A stretch of DNA of 64,000 nucleotides. It comes from Bacteroidota bacterium (GTDB lineage Bacteria > Bacteroidota > Bacteroidia > AKYH767-A > 2013-40CM-41-45). Positions 18,754 to 29,569 of the stretch are shown piece after piece. The first letter of the stretch is position 1; each line of letters starts with the position of its first letter. Location: NCBI GenBank assembly GCA_049363815.1, contig JBMQEM010000163.1, positions 10,025-74,024 of the forward strand. The letters run 5' to 3'. The notes beneath the pieces were generated by a model that was not told the origin of the DNA, did not search any database, and was given only the letters and a program-made list of their open reading frames with translations. Both the position numbers and the translations under genes were made by a program.

Positions 18754-19514
18754 TACAATAAAGGAAAAGGGTATTCAATATTTGTTAAGTACAAACCATG
18801 AGCCGGAACTGAAACGCCGGCTTCACTTCTGCTTTTACTTTCCAGGATTTTCCGGAATTGGTCTTCCGATAAATTCTTTTCAGCACACATGATCAGAGTT
18901 CCTACAATAGCCCTGACCATATTCCGCAAAAAACGGTCCGCCTGAATAGTAAAGATCTTTTTTCCATTGCTATCCATTGACCATTCAGCATGCATGATCT
19001 TACAATTATTGGTAAAAGTCTGTGTGTTCGATTTGCTGAAACTTGTAAAATCAGTATACTCTTTAAGAACAAATAAGTATTTATTAAGTTCTGTGATCTC
19101 AGGAATATTCAGGTTAAACCAGGCCCTGTTGATCATAAATGGATCTTTGTAGTTGATAATATGATACTCGTAAGTTCTACTGGTGGCCGAGAAACGGGCA
19201 TGGTGGTCCATCTCAACCCGGGAAATTGACCTGACTGCTATTTCCATTGGTAAAATTGCATTCAATTTATGGACAAGATCAGAAATATCATCTATTTTTT
19301 CTGATTCAAAATGTGCATAAAATATCCGGGCATGAACACCGGTATCAGTACGGCCACATCCTGTTGTTTCAACCGGTTTCCGGAAAAGGATCTCCAATGC
19401 TTTATTCAATTCGCCTTGTACTGAATTTGCATTTTGCTGAACCTGCCAACCGTGAAATTTTGTACCTTCAAAAGATAGCCTTATAAAATATCTGTAGTAT
19501 CCGGATAAATTCAT
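18753..19514 (-). CDS. truA: tRNA pseudouridine(38-40) synthase TruA
   Basis: 253 aa with GCGRTDTGVHA (catalytic Asp) and FLRNMVRAIVG. It overlaps the ABC gene start by 1 nt. Confidence 0.9.
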   Translation of the reverse strand: MNLSGYYRYFIRLSFEGTKFHGWQVQQNANSVQGELNKALEILFRKPVETTGCGRTDTGVHARIFYAHFESEKIDDISDLVHKLNAILPMEIAVRSISRVEMDHHARFSATSRTYEYHIINYKDPFMINRAWFNLNIPEITELNKYLFVLKEYTDFTSFSKSNTQTFTNNCKIMHAEWSMDSNGKKIFTIQADRFLRNMVRAIVGTLIMCAEKNLSEDQFRKILESKSRSEAGVSVPAHGLYLTNIEYPFPLL

Positions 19515-19517
19515 CTA

Positions 19518-21611
19518 TTAGCGTGGATATTCAATCCGAATATGATAAATGGACATTAACATCTTCTTGAACAACTTTTTAATCTCGCTGATATCTTTCA
19601 ACGTAATTGGTGCATTGTCAAATTGTTTTTGTGTGATCTGATTATCGATAATTGAATCAACAAGATTACTGATTGATTCAGCATCTGCGTTTTTCAGACT
19701 TCTTGATGCAGCTTCTACAGAATCCGCCATCATCAGCACAGCGGTTTCCCTGGAAAATGGCAGCGGTCCCGGATACCGGAATAGAATTTCATCAGGAACC
19801 ATTTCGGGAAAATTCTTCAGAAAGGACTGATAGAAAAACTGTAACCGGACGGTTCCATGATGTGTTCTGATAAAATCGATGATCTGTTCAGGTAACTTAT
19901 GTTTACGGGCTTTCTCTATTCCTCTTATCACATGACTCTTAATGATCTTGGCACTTTCTTCAAAGGACAGATCATCATGCGGATTGCTTTGAGTATTCTG
20001 GTTCTCGATAAAATACATTGGCATATCTGCTTTTCCAATATCATGATACATTGCGCCGGCTCTGATAAGTAATGGATTTCCTCCGATATGAAAGATTGCA
20101 GCTTCAGCAAGGTTGGCCACTTGCAAACTATGCTGGAATGAACCGGGTGCCTTCATTGAAAGTTCGCGCATAAGAGGCGAATTTGAATCTGACAATTCCA
20201 TCAAGGAAACATCAGAAAGAAAACCGAATGCTTTTTCAAAAATAAATATCAGAGGAAAAGCGAACAAAGTAATTATGGAATTCCCGAGGAACCATTTTAA
20301 ATTCATCCATTCTATACTCCTTAAATTTGCTTCATGCAGTATTGATACGCCTACAAAGGATATCGTATAGGAAAGAAAGATCATTAACACGGATATAAAA
20401 AACTGAACCCTTCTGCTCATGTTGAGTATTGTAAAAATGGAAACCATTCCGGCAATGGTTTGGATGAACATGAATTCGAAACCACTTGGTGCTTCGAATC
20501 CAATGATAAGAAGAGTGACAATGTGAGTAAATAATGCTGTTCTGGTATCGAAGAATGCCCTGACTATAATCGGAAGTATACAGACCGGAACAAGATACAT
20601 GTCAAACAGGTTGATTTTTCTTGCCCACAGAAACAGATAGGTGATCAAGACGATCAAAAGCATGAGAAGTAAGATCTTCTTGCTGTCATCAAAGATATCT
20701 TTACGGTAAAGAAAAAGGAATAAGACAAGCATCATCATTGCAAGTGATACAAGAATGAAATGTCCCATAAGCATCATCCATCGTGCACTGCTGCTGAATT
20801 CCTGATTCTTCATTTCTGCTTTCAGAGATTCCAGTTTCTGAAAACGTATGTCGTCTATGATCTCACCTTTGAGGATAACTACTTCATCTTTCTGAACCAA
20901 TCCGTGTGAGAGACTGATCTTGTCAATGAGTTGTTTGGTCCATTGACGTGTTGCCTGATCATCATATAAAATGTTATGTGATAAAGCATTTTCAAGTAAA
21001 GGTGCGAGCAGTGACTGGTCGGCTGCAGAAATATTTTCCAGTTGTGACTGGATAAAGGAAAATGCCGTTTGAATGGTATAGTAATCATTGAGATTATGCT
21101 CCTCTGCAATATTATCCTTGACGATCGTAATGATACCATCCGGATTATTATTCTTCGTTTTATCGTTGATGAGAATGATGCCTTTATCATAGATCATTTT
21201 CAGTATCTGAACTCCGATGGTTTCCTGTACTTGTTTGAGCTTTTCCTGTTGCTCAATTTCTTTGTAATTCTGAGCAGAACTTCTGAATCGTTTATTCCAG
21301 ACATCTGAAAGTTCATTTTTGAAAAGATAGACCTTTTGTTCAGAAAGTTTATCGTCAAACCTATAGAAAGGGTGACTGTTTTTCATAACAGTAGCTTTCT
21401 CCTCATTCAGTTCGGCTTCCGTTTTGTTGATAGCAAAATCAAAAGGTGCCATCAGATTTTCAAATGCCCAAGGTTTACCTTTCTGATATGTATAGTTGAA
21501 CTGAGTTTCTTTAGGAAGTGCGATAACGATCATCACCACAGTGACGATGATCAATACGATCTTAGAGATACTTTCGTGTTGATTGGAAAGGCGGACGAAA
21601 TAATTCTTCAT
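19518..21611 (-). CDS. 7TM-receptor HD/HDIG phosphohydrolase (PgpH-like membrane protein)
   Basis: 697 aa. Extracellular N-domain, about 7 TM segments, and a C-terminal HD domain (GSFQHSLQVANLAE...AGAMYHDIGK). Confidence 0.85.
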   Translation of the reverse strand: MKNYFVRLSNQHESISKIVLIIVTVVMIVIALPKETQFNYTYQKGKPWAFENLMAPFDFAINKTEAELNEEKATVMKNSHPFYRFDDKLSEQKVYLFKNELSDVWNKRFRSSAQNYKEIEQQEKLKQVQETIGVQILKMIYDKGIILINDKTKNNNPDGIITIVKDNIAEEHNLNDYYTIQTAFSFIQSQLENISAADQSLLAPLLENALSHNILYDDQATRQWTKQLIDKISLSHGLVQKDEVVILKGEIIDDIRFQKLESLKAEMKNQEFSSSARWMMLMGHFILVSLAMMMLVLFLFLYRKDIFDDSKKILLLMLLIVLITYLFLWARKINLFDMYLVPVCILPIIVRAFFDTRTALFTHIVTLLIIGFEAPSGFEFMFIQTIAGMVSIFTILNMSRRVQFFISVLMIFLSYTISFVGVSILHEANLRSIEWMNLKWFLGNSIITLFAFPLIFIFEKAFGFLSDVSLMELSDSNSPLMRELSMKAPGSFQHSLQVANLAEAAIFHIGGNPLLIRAGAMYHDIGKADMPMYFIENQNTQSNPHDDLSFEESAKIIKSHVIRGIEKARKHKLPEQIIDFIRTHHGTVRLQFFYQSFLKNFPEMVPDEILFRYPGPLPFSRETAVLMMADSVEAASRSLKNADAESISNLVDSIIDNQITQKQFDNAPITLKDISEIKKLFKKMLMSIYHIRIEYPR

Positions 21612-21827
21612 TTTTTACAGAATGGCAGCAATTTACAACTTTAAATACAGTCAGAATTCAATACATATGAGGATTGATCAACAATTATTCTGTGCTAAAT
21701 TGTCTGGTCTTTCTGGTTCCCGGATTCATCATTCCGTTCAGACCAAATCTGATGAATTGTCAAAAATATTTGATAATCATATACTTCCGCTAGGAGCAGT
21801 TGAATACCCTTGAAACCCTTTTTTAAG

Positions 21828-21835
21828 TACCTTTG
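21828..21835 (+). promoter_or_regulatory. Candidate -7 box (TACCTTTG) for the thiolase gene
   Basis: Perfect TAnnTTTG, 23 nt upstream of the ATG at 21859. Confidence 0.45.
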
Positions 21836-21858
21836 CGACTCAATTCTAACAATTGTTT

Positions 21859-23037
21859 ATGAAAGAAGTATATATCATATCTACTGCGCGTACTCCAATC
21901 GGCAGTTTCGGTGGATCGTTATCGCCATTAACAGCAACACAGTTGGGCGCACATGCAATTAAATCAGCTCTGGAAAAAGTAAAACTTGATCCTAAGGAGG
22001 TTCAGGAAGTTTATATGGGAAATGTACTTTCTGCAGGAGTCGGACAAGCTCCGGTTACACAGGCCTCAATTTGGTCCGGTATACCAAATACGACACCGGG
22101 AACTACAGTCAATAAGGTTTGTGCTTCAGGAATGAAAGCGATCATGCTTGGGGCTGAATCGATCATGTTGGGATTGAATGATTGTGTTGTTGCAGGGGGT
22201 ATGGAAAGCATGAGTAATGTTCCCTACTATCTTGATAAGGCAAGAAACGGCTATAAACTTGGTCATGGCAGTATTACTGACGGACTGGTAAAGGATGGTC
22301 TGTGGGATGTTTACAAAGATTATCATATGGGAACAGCTGCTGAACTTTGTGCAACCGAATGTAAAATTTCAAGAGAAGATCAGGATGCCTATGCTCTTGA
22401 ATCCTATAAACGTTCAAAAGAGGCATACGCAGGTGGAATGTTCAAGGATGAGATCTCACCGGTGAGTGTTCCGGTAAGAGGAAAAGACCCAATTGTAATT
22501 TCTGAAGACGAAGAATATAAAAATCTGAAAGCAGATAAAGTTGCCGGACTAAAACCGGCTTTCCAGAAAGATGGTACAGTAACGGCAGCGAATGCATCTA
22601 AACTGAATGATGGTGCTGCAGCTGTTATCCTAATGAGCAAAGAGAAAGCTGAAAAACTTGGATTGAAACCGATAGCAAAGATCCGCGGATTCGCAGATGC
22701 ACAGCAGGCTCCTGAATGGTTTACTACTACTCCATCCAAAGCAATTCCAAAAGCTGCAGAGAGAGCAGGATTGAAACTTGAGAATGTTGACTATTTTGAG
22801 ATCAACGAAGCATTTTCAGTAGTTTCTATTGCAAACAATCAGTTGATGAAACTTGATCCGGCGAAAGTGAATGTTTTCGGTGGTGCAGTATCGCTAGGCC
22901 ATCCACTTGGTGCTTCAGGTGCAAGAATTGTCGTAACACTACTCAATGTTTTAAAACAAAAAGGCGGAAAGATAGGCGCTGCAGGAATTTGTAATGGTGG
23001 TGGCGGTGCCAGTGCAATTATTGTTGAATTAGTATAA
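21859..23037 (+). CDS. Acetyl-CoA C-acetyltransferase (thiolase II)
   Basis: MKEVYIISTARTPIGSFGG, VNKVCASGMKAI (active-site Cys), NASKLNDGAAA, GICNGGGGASA. The listed TTG start at 21853 was replaced by the ATG. Confidence 0.9.
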   Translation: MKEVYIISTARTPIGSFGGSLSPLTATQLGAHAIKSALEKVKLDPKEVQEVYMGNVLSAGVGQAPVTQASIWSGIPNTTPGTTVNKVCASGMKAIMLGAESIMLGLNDCVVAGGMESMSNVPYYLDKARNGYKLGHGSITDGLVKDGLWDVYKDYHMGTAAELCATECKISREDQDAYALESYKRSKEAYAGGMFKDEISPVSVPVRGKDPIVISEDEEYKNLKADKVAGLKPAFQKDGTVTAANASKLNDGAAAVILMSKEKAEKLGLKPIAKIRGFADAQQAPEWFTTTPSKAIPKAAERAGLKLENVDYFEINEAFSVVSIANNQLMKLDPAKVNVFGGAVSLGHPLGASGARIVVTLLNVLKQKGGKIGAAGICNGGGGASAIIVELV

Positions 23038-23071
23038 CAATTCTTTGTGAGAAACCGTTTTAAGAACTGAT

Positions 23072-23842
23072 ATGTTCGCAATCTGCAATCTTAGTCTTGT
23101 ACCTGTCCGGAAAGAATCTTCTGATAAGAGTGAAATGGTCACTCAACTTTTGTTTGGTGACCTCATCGAAATTCTTGACAAACAGAAAAGCTGGTTCAAG
23201 ATAAAAGTTATTGCAGACGATTATCCGGGATGGATCGATCAGAAGCAGGTTTCTTTCATCACCGAGGAGGAGAAAGATTTATATCAATTGAATTCATCTT
23301 TTTTATCCAATGATATTCTTCAGATCGCAATCCTGAACAATTCTGAAATGTGTACGATCGTTAAGGGTTCTACACTTCCCTTCTATTCGAATAAGTCACT
23401 CACATTTGGAGGGAATAAATATTCATTTGAAGGAAATACAATCGATGGATCTTCTAAGCGCCCGGAACAAATTACTCTACAGGCTCAGCTATACCTTAAC
23501 TCTCCTTATTTATGGGGTGGTAAATCACCGTTTGGAATCGATTGCTCTGGACTAACTCAAATGGTCTATAAAATTTGTGGGTATCAACTCAGACGTGATG
23601 CCATTCAACAGTCAGAGCAAGGAGAAACTATCAGTTTTTTAGAAGAATGTAAGCCTGGAGATCTGGCTTTCTTTGACAATGATGAAGGAAAGATCATTCA
23701 CGTCGGCATCATTACTCATGGAAATAACATAATTCATGCAAGTGGAAAGGTCAGGCTGGACAAATTAGATCACCAGGGAATTTTTAATTCTGAAACAAAG
23801 AAATACTCGCACAAACTGAGATTATTAAAGCGAATGATCTGA
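23072..23842 (+). CDS. NlpC/P60 (C40) peptidase with N-terminal SH3-like domain
   Basis: C-terminal YLWGGKSPFGIDCSGLTQMVY...IIHVGII...IIHASG catalytic Cys/His pattern. Confidence 0.8.
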   Translation: MFAICNLSLVPVRKESSDKSEMVTQLLFGDLIEILDKQKSWFKIKVIADDYPGWIDQKQVSFITEEEKDLYQLNSSFLSNDILQIAILNNSEMCTIVKGSTLPFYSNKSLTFGGNKYSFEGNTIDGSSKRPEQITLQAQLYLNSPYLWGGKSPFGIDCSGLTQMVYKICGYQLRRDAIQQSEQGETISFLEECKPGDLAFFDNDEGKIIHVGIITHGNNIIHASGKVRLDKLDHQGIFNSETKKYSHKLRLLKRMI

Positions 23843-23853
23843 AATAATTCAGT

Positions 23854-24450
23854 TTACTTTTTGTATTTCCAGTTCCTGTCTTTTCCTTCAGCAAGCCACT
23901 GCATCATGGTTCCTATTCTTTTGAGTTTAGTAGCTTCCGTCTTAGCATCTTCGACCCATTCTACATATTCCTTTTTGTTACTGTTTGAAAAATTTGAAAA
24001 TGTTTCGAAGGCTTTTTTATTTTTTTTGATAGTCTGAAGAAGATAATCAGGAACTTTTATTTCAGTCAATGACTTTGGTTTTGACCTTGTAGGTGATTTC
24101 ACCCCTTCCTCATTCAGCTTCATCGCTTTCTTTATGATAATGCCCAGCACTTTGTCAGAAGGAAGATCTTTTACACTTGTAATTTTTCCTAACTGACCCA
24201 TTGCAGAATCATCCTCAATGGCTTTCAATTCCGGGATCAAAGGACCTTTCCAGAATCCGATGGCGCAATGATGATTGAAGGAAGCCATACTGCATAATAT
24301 TCCTTTGTACTGAAAATGCGGGAAACCCCATTTCAGACATTCATCGACTGCCGGGCAGTTTTTATGGACAATTTTTCGAAAATAACTAAGAATAGGTTTG
24401 GCAAAATCGTGTGACTCACTAATATATTTATCAATATCGTTTTTCATCAC
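23854..24450 (-). CDS. DUF1801 / YdeI-OmpD-associated family protein
   Basis: 198 aa. N-terminal YdhG-like region (CLKWGFPHFQYKG) and C-terminal FSNSNKKEYVEWVEDAKTEATKLKRI, typical of the YdeI family. Confidence 0.65.
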   Translation of the reverse strand: MMKNDIDKYISESHDFAKPILSYFRKIVHKNCPAVDECLKWGFPHFQYKGILCSMASFNHHCAIGFWKGPLIPELKAIEDDSAMGQLGKITSVKDLPSDKVLGIIIKKAMKLNEEGVKSPTRSKPKSLTEIKVPDYLLQTIKKNKKAFETFSNFSNSNKKEYVEWVEDAKTEATKLKRIGTMMQWLAEGKDRNWKYKK

Positions 24451-24459
24451 AGTACATTT

Positions 24460-25254
24460 CTAGTTTTTTTGAATGACAATGAAATAAAACTGGTTAAAAT
24501 TTTTCAAGAAACTAATCTTTCCCAAAGTATAATTCAGCTTATTCAGATATTTGAATCCCGGGATCTTATGAAGGAAATACCAATAAAATAAATTAGTACC
24601 TGTTGTATGAATCAATTTTGTGTCAGGAAAATCGAATAATTTTTTACTCCGGCTGGAGGGAAACTGAAGGTGATCATATAGTTCACCTTGGATCTTTTTA
24701 CCTCTGAGGATATATGACCATTTTGTAAGAAAGTAGGGATAAGAGTTTGCGTTGGGTAATGTTATTACGGCAACTCCCCCCTTATTCAATTTATTGTGGA
24801 TATGTGTTATAACTTTATCAGGGTTCTGTGTATGTTCTATAACTTCAGTACATAAAATAAAATCAACTTTTTCATTATCATTCAATTCTTCTGCATTTTG
24901 ATATTGGAAATCCAGGCTTTTAGATGGTTCGCTAACTGAATTTTTCTTTTTCGCAATCTCTAATAATGGCCTGTCAATATCTATTCCCAGTACATTTTTA
25001 AATCCGAAGTCTGAAAGGAGCTTGCTGTATATTCCACAGTTGCATCCAATGTCCAAAGCTTTTTCATAGGATTTGATTACTTTATTTAATTCAAGTTTTT
25101 TCAATATTTCAACGAACAAATTGATACGTAACCTATGTAAATGCAAGGTGGGCAGATCAATGTAATCGTAGGTTTGATTTAAGATTTGTTGAAATTCGTC
25201 ATTTTTATCATTAAAGAACTTTGGTTTATATCCTTGAAATAAATTTTTTGACAT
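24460..25254 (-). CDS. Class I SAM-dependent methyltransferase
   Basis: Motif I ALDIGCNCGIYSKLL. Post-I GIDID. Motif II-like DFILCTEVIEH. Confidence 0.75.
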   Translation of the reverse strand: MSKNLFQGYKPKFFNDKNDEFQQILNQTYDYIDLPTLHLHRLRINLFVEILKKLELNKVIKSYEKALDIGCNCGIYSKLLSDFGFKNVLGIDIDRPLLEIAKKKNSVSEPSKSLDFQYQNAEELNDNEKVDFILCTEVIEHTQNPDKVITHIHNKLNKGGVAVITLPNANSYPYFLTKWSYILRGKKIQGELYDHLQFPSSRSKKLFDFPDTKLIHTTGTNLFYWYFLHKIPGFKYLNKLNYTLGKISFLKNFNQFYFIVIQKN

Positions 25255-25386
25255 GTTTTTTTCGTGTTTTAAAGCGTAAATTTAGACAATTCTTAGTGAG
25301 TTTTAAGAAATATTGGCTTTTATCGTAAAAAATGTCGAAATTTGGCATGAAAATTACGAAGGGTATTTTAGCAAATACTTGTTGTC

Positions 25387-25734
25387 ATGAAAAAAGTCTA
25401 CATCTTCCTCCTTATATTGATTTCTGCCTCGTTTTCAGGGGTTCTTGCCCAAAATGGTGATACCTCCATTCCTATGTCACAGGAAAAAATGAATGTGTTT
25501 TATTCCGGCAGTGAAAACAATATCCATCTGAGTTATACGATTGCCCATCCGACTCCGGTAGAGATCAAAATAGTTGATATTACCGGAAAAGAGATCCGGA
25601 CGATAGTTACACCGCTTCAATTTCCGGGCACATATTCAGAGATCCTTGAAAGAAGCACTCTTCGCGATGGGATCTATATTATGCAACTCAACTGGGGCGG
25701 AAAGAGATTCATTAAACGATTTATTATATCATAA
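25387..25734 (+). CDS. Minimal T9SS substrate: signal peptide plus CTD only
   Basis: 115 aa. MKKVYIFLLILISASFSGVLAQ, about 15 residues, then a CTD-like VEIKIVDITGKEIRTIV...DGIYIMQLNWGGKRFIKRFIIS. Confidence 0.6.
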   Translation: MKKVYIFLLILISASFSGVLAQNGDTSIPMSQEKMNVFYSGSENNIHLSYTIAHPTPVEIKIVDITGKEIRTIVTPLQFPGTYSEILERSTLRDGIYIMQLNWGGKRFIKRFIIS

Positions 25735-25755
25735 AAATTTCTTCAGAACATATCT

Positions 25756-25785
25756 AAGCGAATCATCACTGGTTCGCTTTTTTTA
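25756..25785 (+). terminator. Intrinsic terminator after the 115-aa gene
   Basis: aagcgaa / ttcgctt stem (7 bp, 10-nt loop) followed by a run of T (the tract begins within the last stem positions). Confidence 0.55.
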
Positions 25786-25944
25786 TGTCTTGCTTTGATC
25801 GCATAAGTGGAAACGTCACATTGTCTTGCTTATTTAAATCAAACTGTCAATCTGTACTGATCTTTGTCAAAATCCCACTTTGGCAATTGTTTTGACGACC
25901 TAGTGCAACAAGTAATTTACTTTTAATCTGTAAATAATCAGAAC

Positions 25945-28557
25945 ATGAATCAAAATAATTTCACCATCAAATCACAGGAAGCTGTTCAAGCTGCCCAACA
26001 ACTTGCCGAAACCAATTCTCAGCAAGCACTTGAGCCGTCTCATCTTTTGAAAGGAATTTTTTCCGTCGACGAGAATGTACTTCCTTTTATCTTGAAAAAA
26101 TGTAATGTCAATATCGACAAACTCAGGGATGAGAATGATAAACTAATTGATTCACTACCCAAGGTAGAAGGTGGTCGGATCTATCTATCGGATGATCTTA
26201 ACAAGATCTTCCAGAAGGCCGGTGCAAATGCAAAAGAACTCGGCGATGATTTTATCTCCCTTGAACATTTGTTTCTTGGCATGATTGCAGGAAAGGATAA
26301 AGCTTCGTCTCTTTTGAAAAGTTCAGGTCTTAATGAAAAGGATGTTAAAGCTGCTATAAAAGAACTGAGAAAAGGAAGCAAGGTAACGAGTGCAAGCGCT
26401 GAAGAGACTTATAATTCCCTGAATAAATATGCTAAGAACCTGAACGAACTTGCAAGAAATGGTAAACTGGATCCTGTTATCGGTCGTGATGAAGAGATCC
26501 GGAGAGTACTTCAGATCTTATCACGCCGCACCAAAAACAATCCAATTCTTATTGGGGAACCCGGTGTCGGTAAAACAGCAATCGCAGAAGGATTAGCTCA
26601 CAGGATCATTGATGGAGATGTACCGGAGAATCTGAAACAGAAACAGATCTTCTCTCTTGATATGGGTGCATTGATAGCAGGTGCAAAATACAAAGGTGAA
26701 TTTGAAGAGAGGTTAAAATCCGTTGTAAAGGAAGTGATCTCTGCAGAAGGAGATATTGTTCTTTTCATTGATGAGATCCATACATTGGTCGGAGCCGGTG
26801 GCGGTGAAGGTGCAATGGACGCTGCAAATATTCTTAAGCCTGCACTGGCGCGTGGAGAACTTCGTGCTATCGGTGCCACTACCCTTTCCGAATATCAAAA
26901 ATATGTTGAGAAAGATAAAGCACTTGAGCGCAGATTTCAGAAAGTAATGGTTGAGGAACCAAGTACTGAAGATGCTATCTCTATTCTCCGCGGATTAAAA
27001 GAGCGTTACGAAACCCACCACAAGGTGCGGATCAAAGATGAAGCAATCATTGCAGCGGTTGAATTGAGTGAGCGTTACATTTCCGATCGATTTTTGCCGG
27101 ATAAAGCAATTGACCTGGTCGATGAAGCTGCGGCTAAACTGCGGCTTGAAATTGATTCTGTACCTGAAGAACTTGATGAAATGAACCGCAGGATCATGCA
27201 ACTTGAAATCGAACGGGAAGCAATTAAGCGTGAAAAAGATGAGCGAAAACTAAAAGACCTCAATGAGGATATTGCAAATCTGAATGAAGAGCGAAATCAA
27301 CTCAAAGCTAAGTGGGAATCTGAAAAGCAGATCGTTCAGGGAATTCAATCGTCAAAGGAAAGAATTGAAGCCCTTAAACTAGAGGCTGAACAGGCAGAAC
27401 GCTCCGGTGATTATGGTCGTGTTGCAGAGATCCGCTATGGAAAGATCGGTGAGGTTGAAGGGAAACTCAAAGAACTGGAAGTGCAGCTTGCATCGATCCA
27501 GAATGAAAAAGCTCTCATAAAAGAAGAAGTCGATTCAGAAGATATTGCTGAAGTTGTTTCGCGCTGGACCGGAATACCAGTGAACAGGATGTTACAGAGC
27601 GAAAGGGAAAAGTTACTTCACCTTGAAGAGGAATTACACAAAAGAGTGATCGGTCAAGAGGAAGCCATTTCTGCTTTAAGCGATGCTGTAAGAAGAAGTC
27701 GCGCAGGATTACAGGATGCAAAGAAACCAATCGGTTCATTTATATTTTTAGGTACAACAGGTGTAGGTAAAACCGAACTTGCAAAAGCCTTAGCAGAATT
27801 CTTATTCAATGATGAAAATTCTATGACGAGGATCGATATGAGTGAATATCAGGAAAGGCATACTGTTTCCAGACTTATTGGTGCACCTCCGGGATATGTC
27901 GGTTATGATGAAGGCGGTCAACTTACAGAAGCTGTCAGACGTCGTCCCTACTCTGTAATACTATTGGATGAAATAGAAAAAGCCCATCCCGATGTTTTTA
28001 ATATCTTATTGCAGGTACTGGATGATGGAAGGCTTACAGATAATAAGGGCCGAACTGCAAGTTTTAAGAACACGATCATTATCATGACTTCAAATATCGG
28101 TTCTCATCTGATTCAGGAAAGTTTTGAAGACATCAATAATTTTGATCAGGAAGAAATTGTAAGCAAGACAAAGTTGAAAGTTTTCGATCTGTTGAAGAAA
28201 ACGATTCGTCCGGAATTCCTGAACAGGATCGATGAGATCATCATGTTCCAACCTTTGACCAGAGAAGAAGTTAAACAGATCGTAAGGATTCAGTTCCGTT
28301 CTCTTCAGAATCTCTTACAGCAAAACGATATGCGGATCACTGCAAGTGAAGAAGCAATTGACTGGTTGTCGCAGTTGGGATTCGATCCTCAGTTTGGAGC
28401 ACGTCCTCTGAAAAGAGTTATCCAGAAGAAAGTGTTGAATGAACTTTCCAAGCAGATTCTCGCCGGCAAAATTGCCAAAGATGCCGATATTGAATTAAGG
28501 CTTAATTCTAAGAATGAATTTGACTTTGTTAATACTCAAAAGTCAGTAGAAGTTTAA
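25945..28557 (+). CDS. clpB: ATP-dependent chaperone ClpB
   Basis: 870 aa. Clp N-domain, two AAA+ modules ([18 protein letters not shown]) and a long coiled-coil middle domain. Confidence 0.95.
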   Translation: MNQNNFTIKSQEAVQAAQQLAETNSQQALEPSHLLKGIFSVDENVLPFILKKCNVNIDKLRDENDKLIDSLPKVEGGRIYLSDDLNKIFQKAGANAKELGDDFISLEHLFLGMIAGKDKASSLLKSSGLNEKDVKAAIKELRKGSKVTSASAEETYNSLNKYAKNLNELARNGKLDPVIGRDEEIRRVLQILSRRTKNNPILIGEPGVGKTAIAEGLAHRIIDGDVPENLKQKQIFSLDMGALIAGAKYKGEFEERLKSVVKEVISAEGDIVLFIDEIHTLVGAGGGEGAMDAANILKPALARGELRAIGATTLSEYQKYVEKDKALERRFQKVMVEEPSTEDAISILRGLKERYETHHKVRIKDEAIIAAVELSERYISDRFLPDKAIDLVDEAAAKLRLEIDSVPEELDEMNRRIMQLEIEREAIKREKDERKLKDLNEDIANLNEERNQLKAKWESEKQIVQGIQSSKERIEALKLEAEQAERSGDYGRVAEIRYGKIGEVEGKLKELEVQLASIQNEKALIKEEVDSEDIAEVVSRWTGIPVNRMLQSEREKLLHLEEELHKRVIGQEEAISALSDAVRRSRAGLQDAKKPIGSFIFLGTTGVGKTELAKALAEFLFNDENSMTRIDMSEYQERHTVSRLIGAPPGYVGYDEGGQLTEAVRRRPYSVILLDEIEKAHPDVFNILLQVLDDGRLTDNKGRTASFKNTIIIMTSNIGSHLIQESFEDINNFDQEEIVSKTKLKVFDLLKKTIRPEFLNRIDEIIMFQPLTREEVKQIVRIQFRSLQNLLQQNDMRITASEEAIDWLSQLGFDPQFGARPLKRVIQKKVLNELSKQILAGKIAKDADIELRLNSKNEFDFVNTQKSVEV

Positions 28558-28591
28558 TTCAAATACCAGATTAAATAATTTAATTTAAGTC

Positions 28592-28620
28592 AAAAAACCG
28601 GTTTAAAGTTCCGGTTTTTT
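28592..28620 (+). terminator. Intrinsic terminator after clpB
   Basis: aaaaaaccgg-tttaaagtt-ccggtttttt. Confidence 0.75.
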
Positions 28621-28678
28621 GACTTTTTTAGCATTATATCCACTTTTCTATTGTATTTTTGTTTCAAGAAAAAACACT

Positions 28679-29518
28679 ATGAAAAAATCAATTCTGTTAC
28701 TGGCAATTCTATTGGGTTTTAATTTAGCCCATGGGCAATCATGTTGTAAAATGGGGTCAGACAAGTCTTTTGCGCAACTTGCAATGAACGATCAGTTTGC
28801 TGCAGCACATTTAGACCCTCTTCCGTTTACAGGTGAAAAGGAAAAAGGGAAATTAATGCAGTTCCCTGCAAAAGATAAAACAATGGCAAATGGATATTTT
28901 TTGCCTGCGGAAACGCCAACAAATAACTGGCTCTTTATTTTCCATGAATGGTGGGGATTAAATCCGTACATTAAACAGGAAGCAGATAAATTCAAAAAAG
29001 AATTTGGTAATTGCAATATTCTTGCAATCGATCTTTATGATGGTGAAATTGCCACTGATGCAAAAAAAGCACAGGAACTTTCATCAAGTTTAAAATCTGA
29101 AAGAGCTACCAGTATAATCGAAGGCGCCATTGCTTATGCCGGTGCAGAAGCTAAAATTGTATCACTTGGTTGGTGTTTAGGAGGCGGATGGTCATTGCAA
29201 TCTGCAATGCTTGCTTCCGGTCAGGCAAATGGATGTGTCGTATATTATGGTATGCCTGAAACCGACGAGCAAAAAATAACAAAATTTCCTTGTGACATCC
29301 TTGGTATTTATGGCAAGCATGATAAATTTATAACACAGGAAATGATCATTGCATTTGAAAGTAAATTAAAAGCTTCAGAGATTCCACACAATTTCAAATT
29401 TTATAATGCAGAACATGCCTTTGCTAACCCAAGTAATCCAAAGCATAATGTTGAAGCTACAAAAGATGCAAATGCATTAACCATGGAATATCTTAGAACA
29501 AAATTCAATCAACAATAA
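28679..29518 (+). CDS. Dienelactone hydrolase family protein (exported)
   Basis: Start set at MKKSILLLAILLGFNLAHGQ. FHEWWGLNPYIKQEADKF and GWCLGGGWS (nucleophile elbow with Cys), as in the DLH family. Confidence 0.72.
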   Translation: MKKSILLLAILLGFNLAHGQSCCKMGSDKSFAQLAMNDQFAAAHLDPLPFTGEKEKGKLMQFPAKDKTMANGYFLPAETPTNNWLFIFHEWWGLNPYIKQEADKFKKEFGNCNILAIDLYDGEIATDAKKAQELSSSLKSERATSIIEGAIAYAGAEAKIVSLGWCLGGGWSLQSAMLASGQANGCVVYYGMPETDEQKITKFPCDILGIYGKHDKFITQEMIIAFESKLKASEIPHNFKFYNAEHAFANPSNPKHNVEATKDANALTMEYLRTKFNQQ

Positions 29519-29569
29519 ATATATTCAAACGGAGATCAAAGTACCGTTAGTGAGCTGAACAGATATAAG

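Noticed and set aside
21622-21813. 63-aa ORF in the divergent intergenic region between the HD-domain gene and the thiolase gene.
   Set aside because: It has no motif and lies where two promoters are expected. Only weak 6-bp pairings are found in the region.
25735-25944. A heat-shock regulatory element (CIRCE or a sigma-32-type promoter) upstream of clpB.
   Set aside because: There is no CIRCE inverted repeat (TTAGCACTC-N9-GAGTGCTAA) and no convincing sigma-32 or TAnnTTTG match that I can read. Nothing is supportable.
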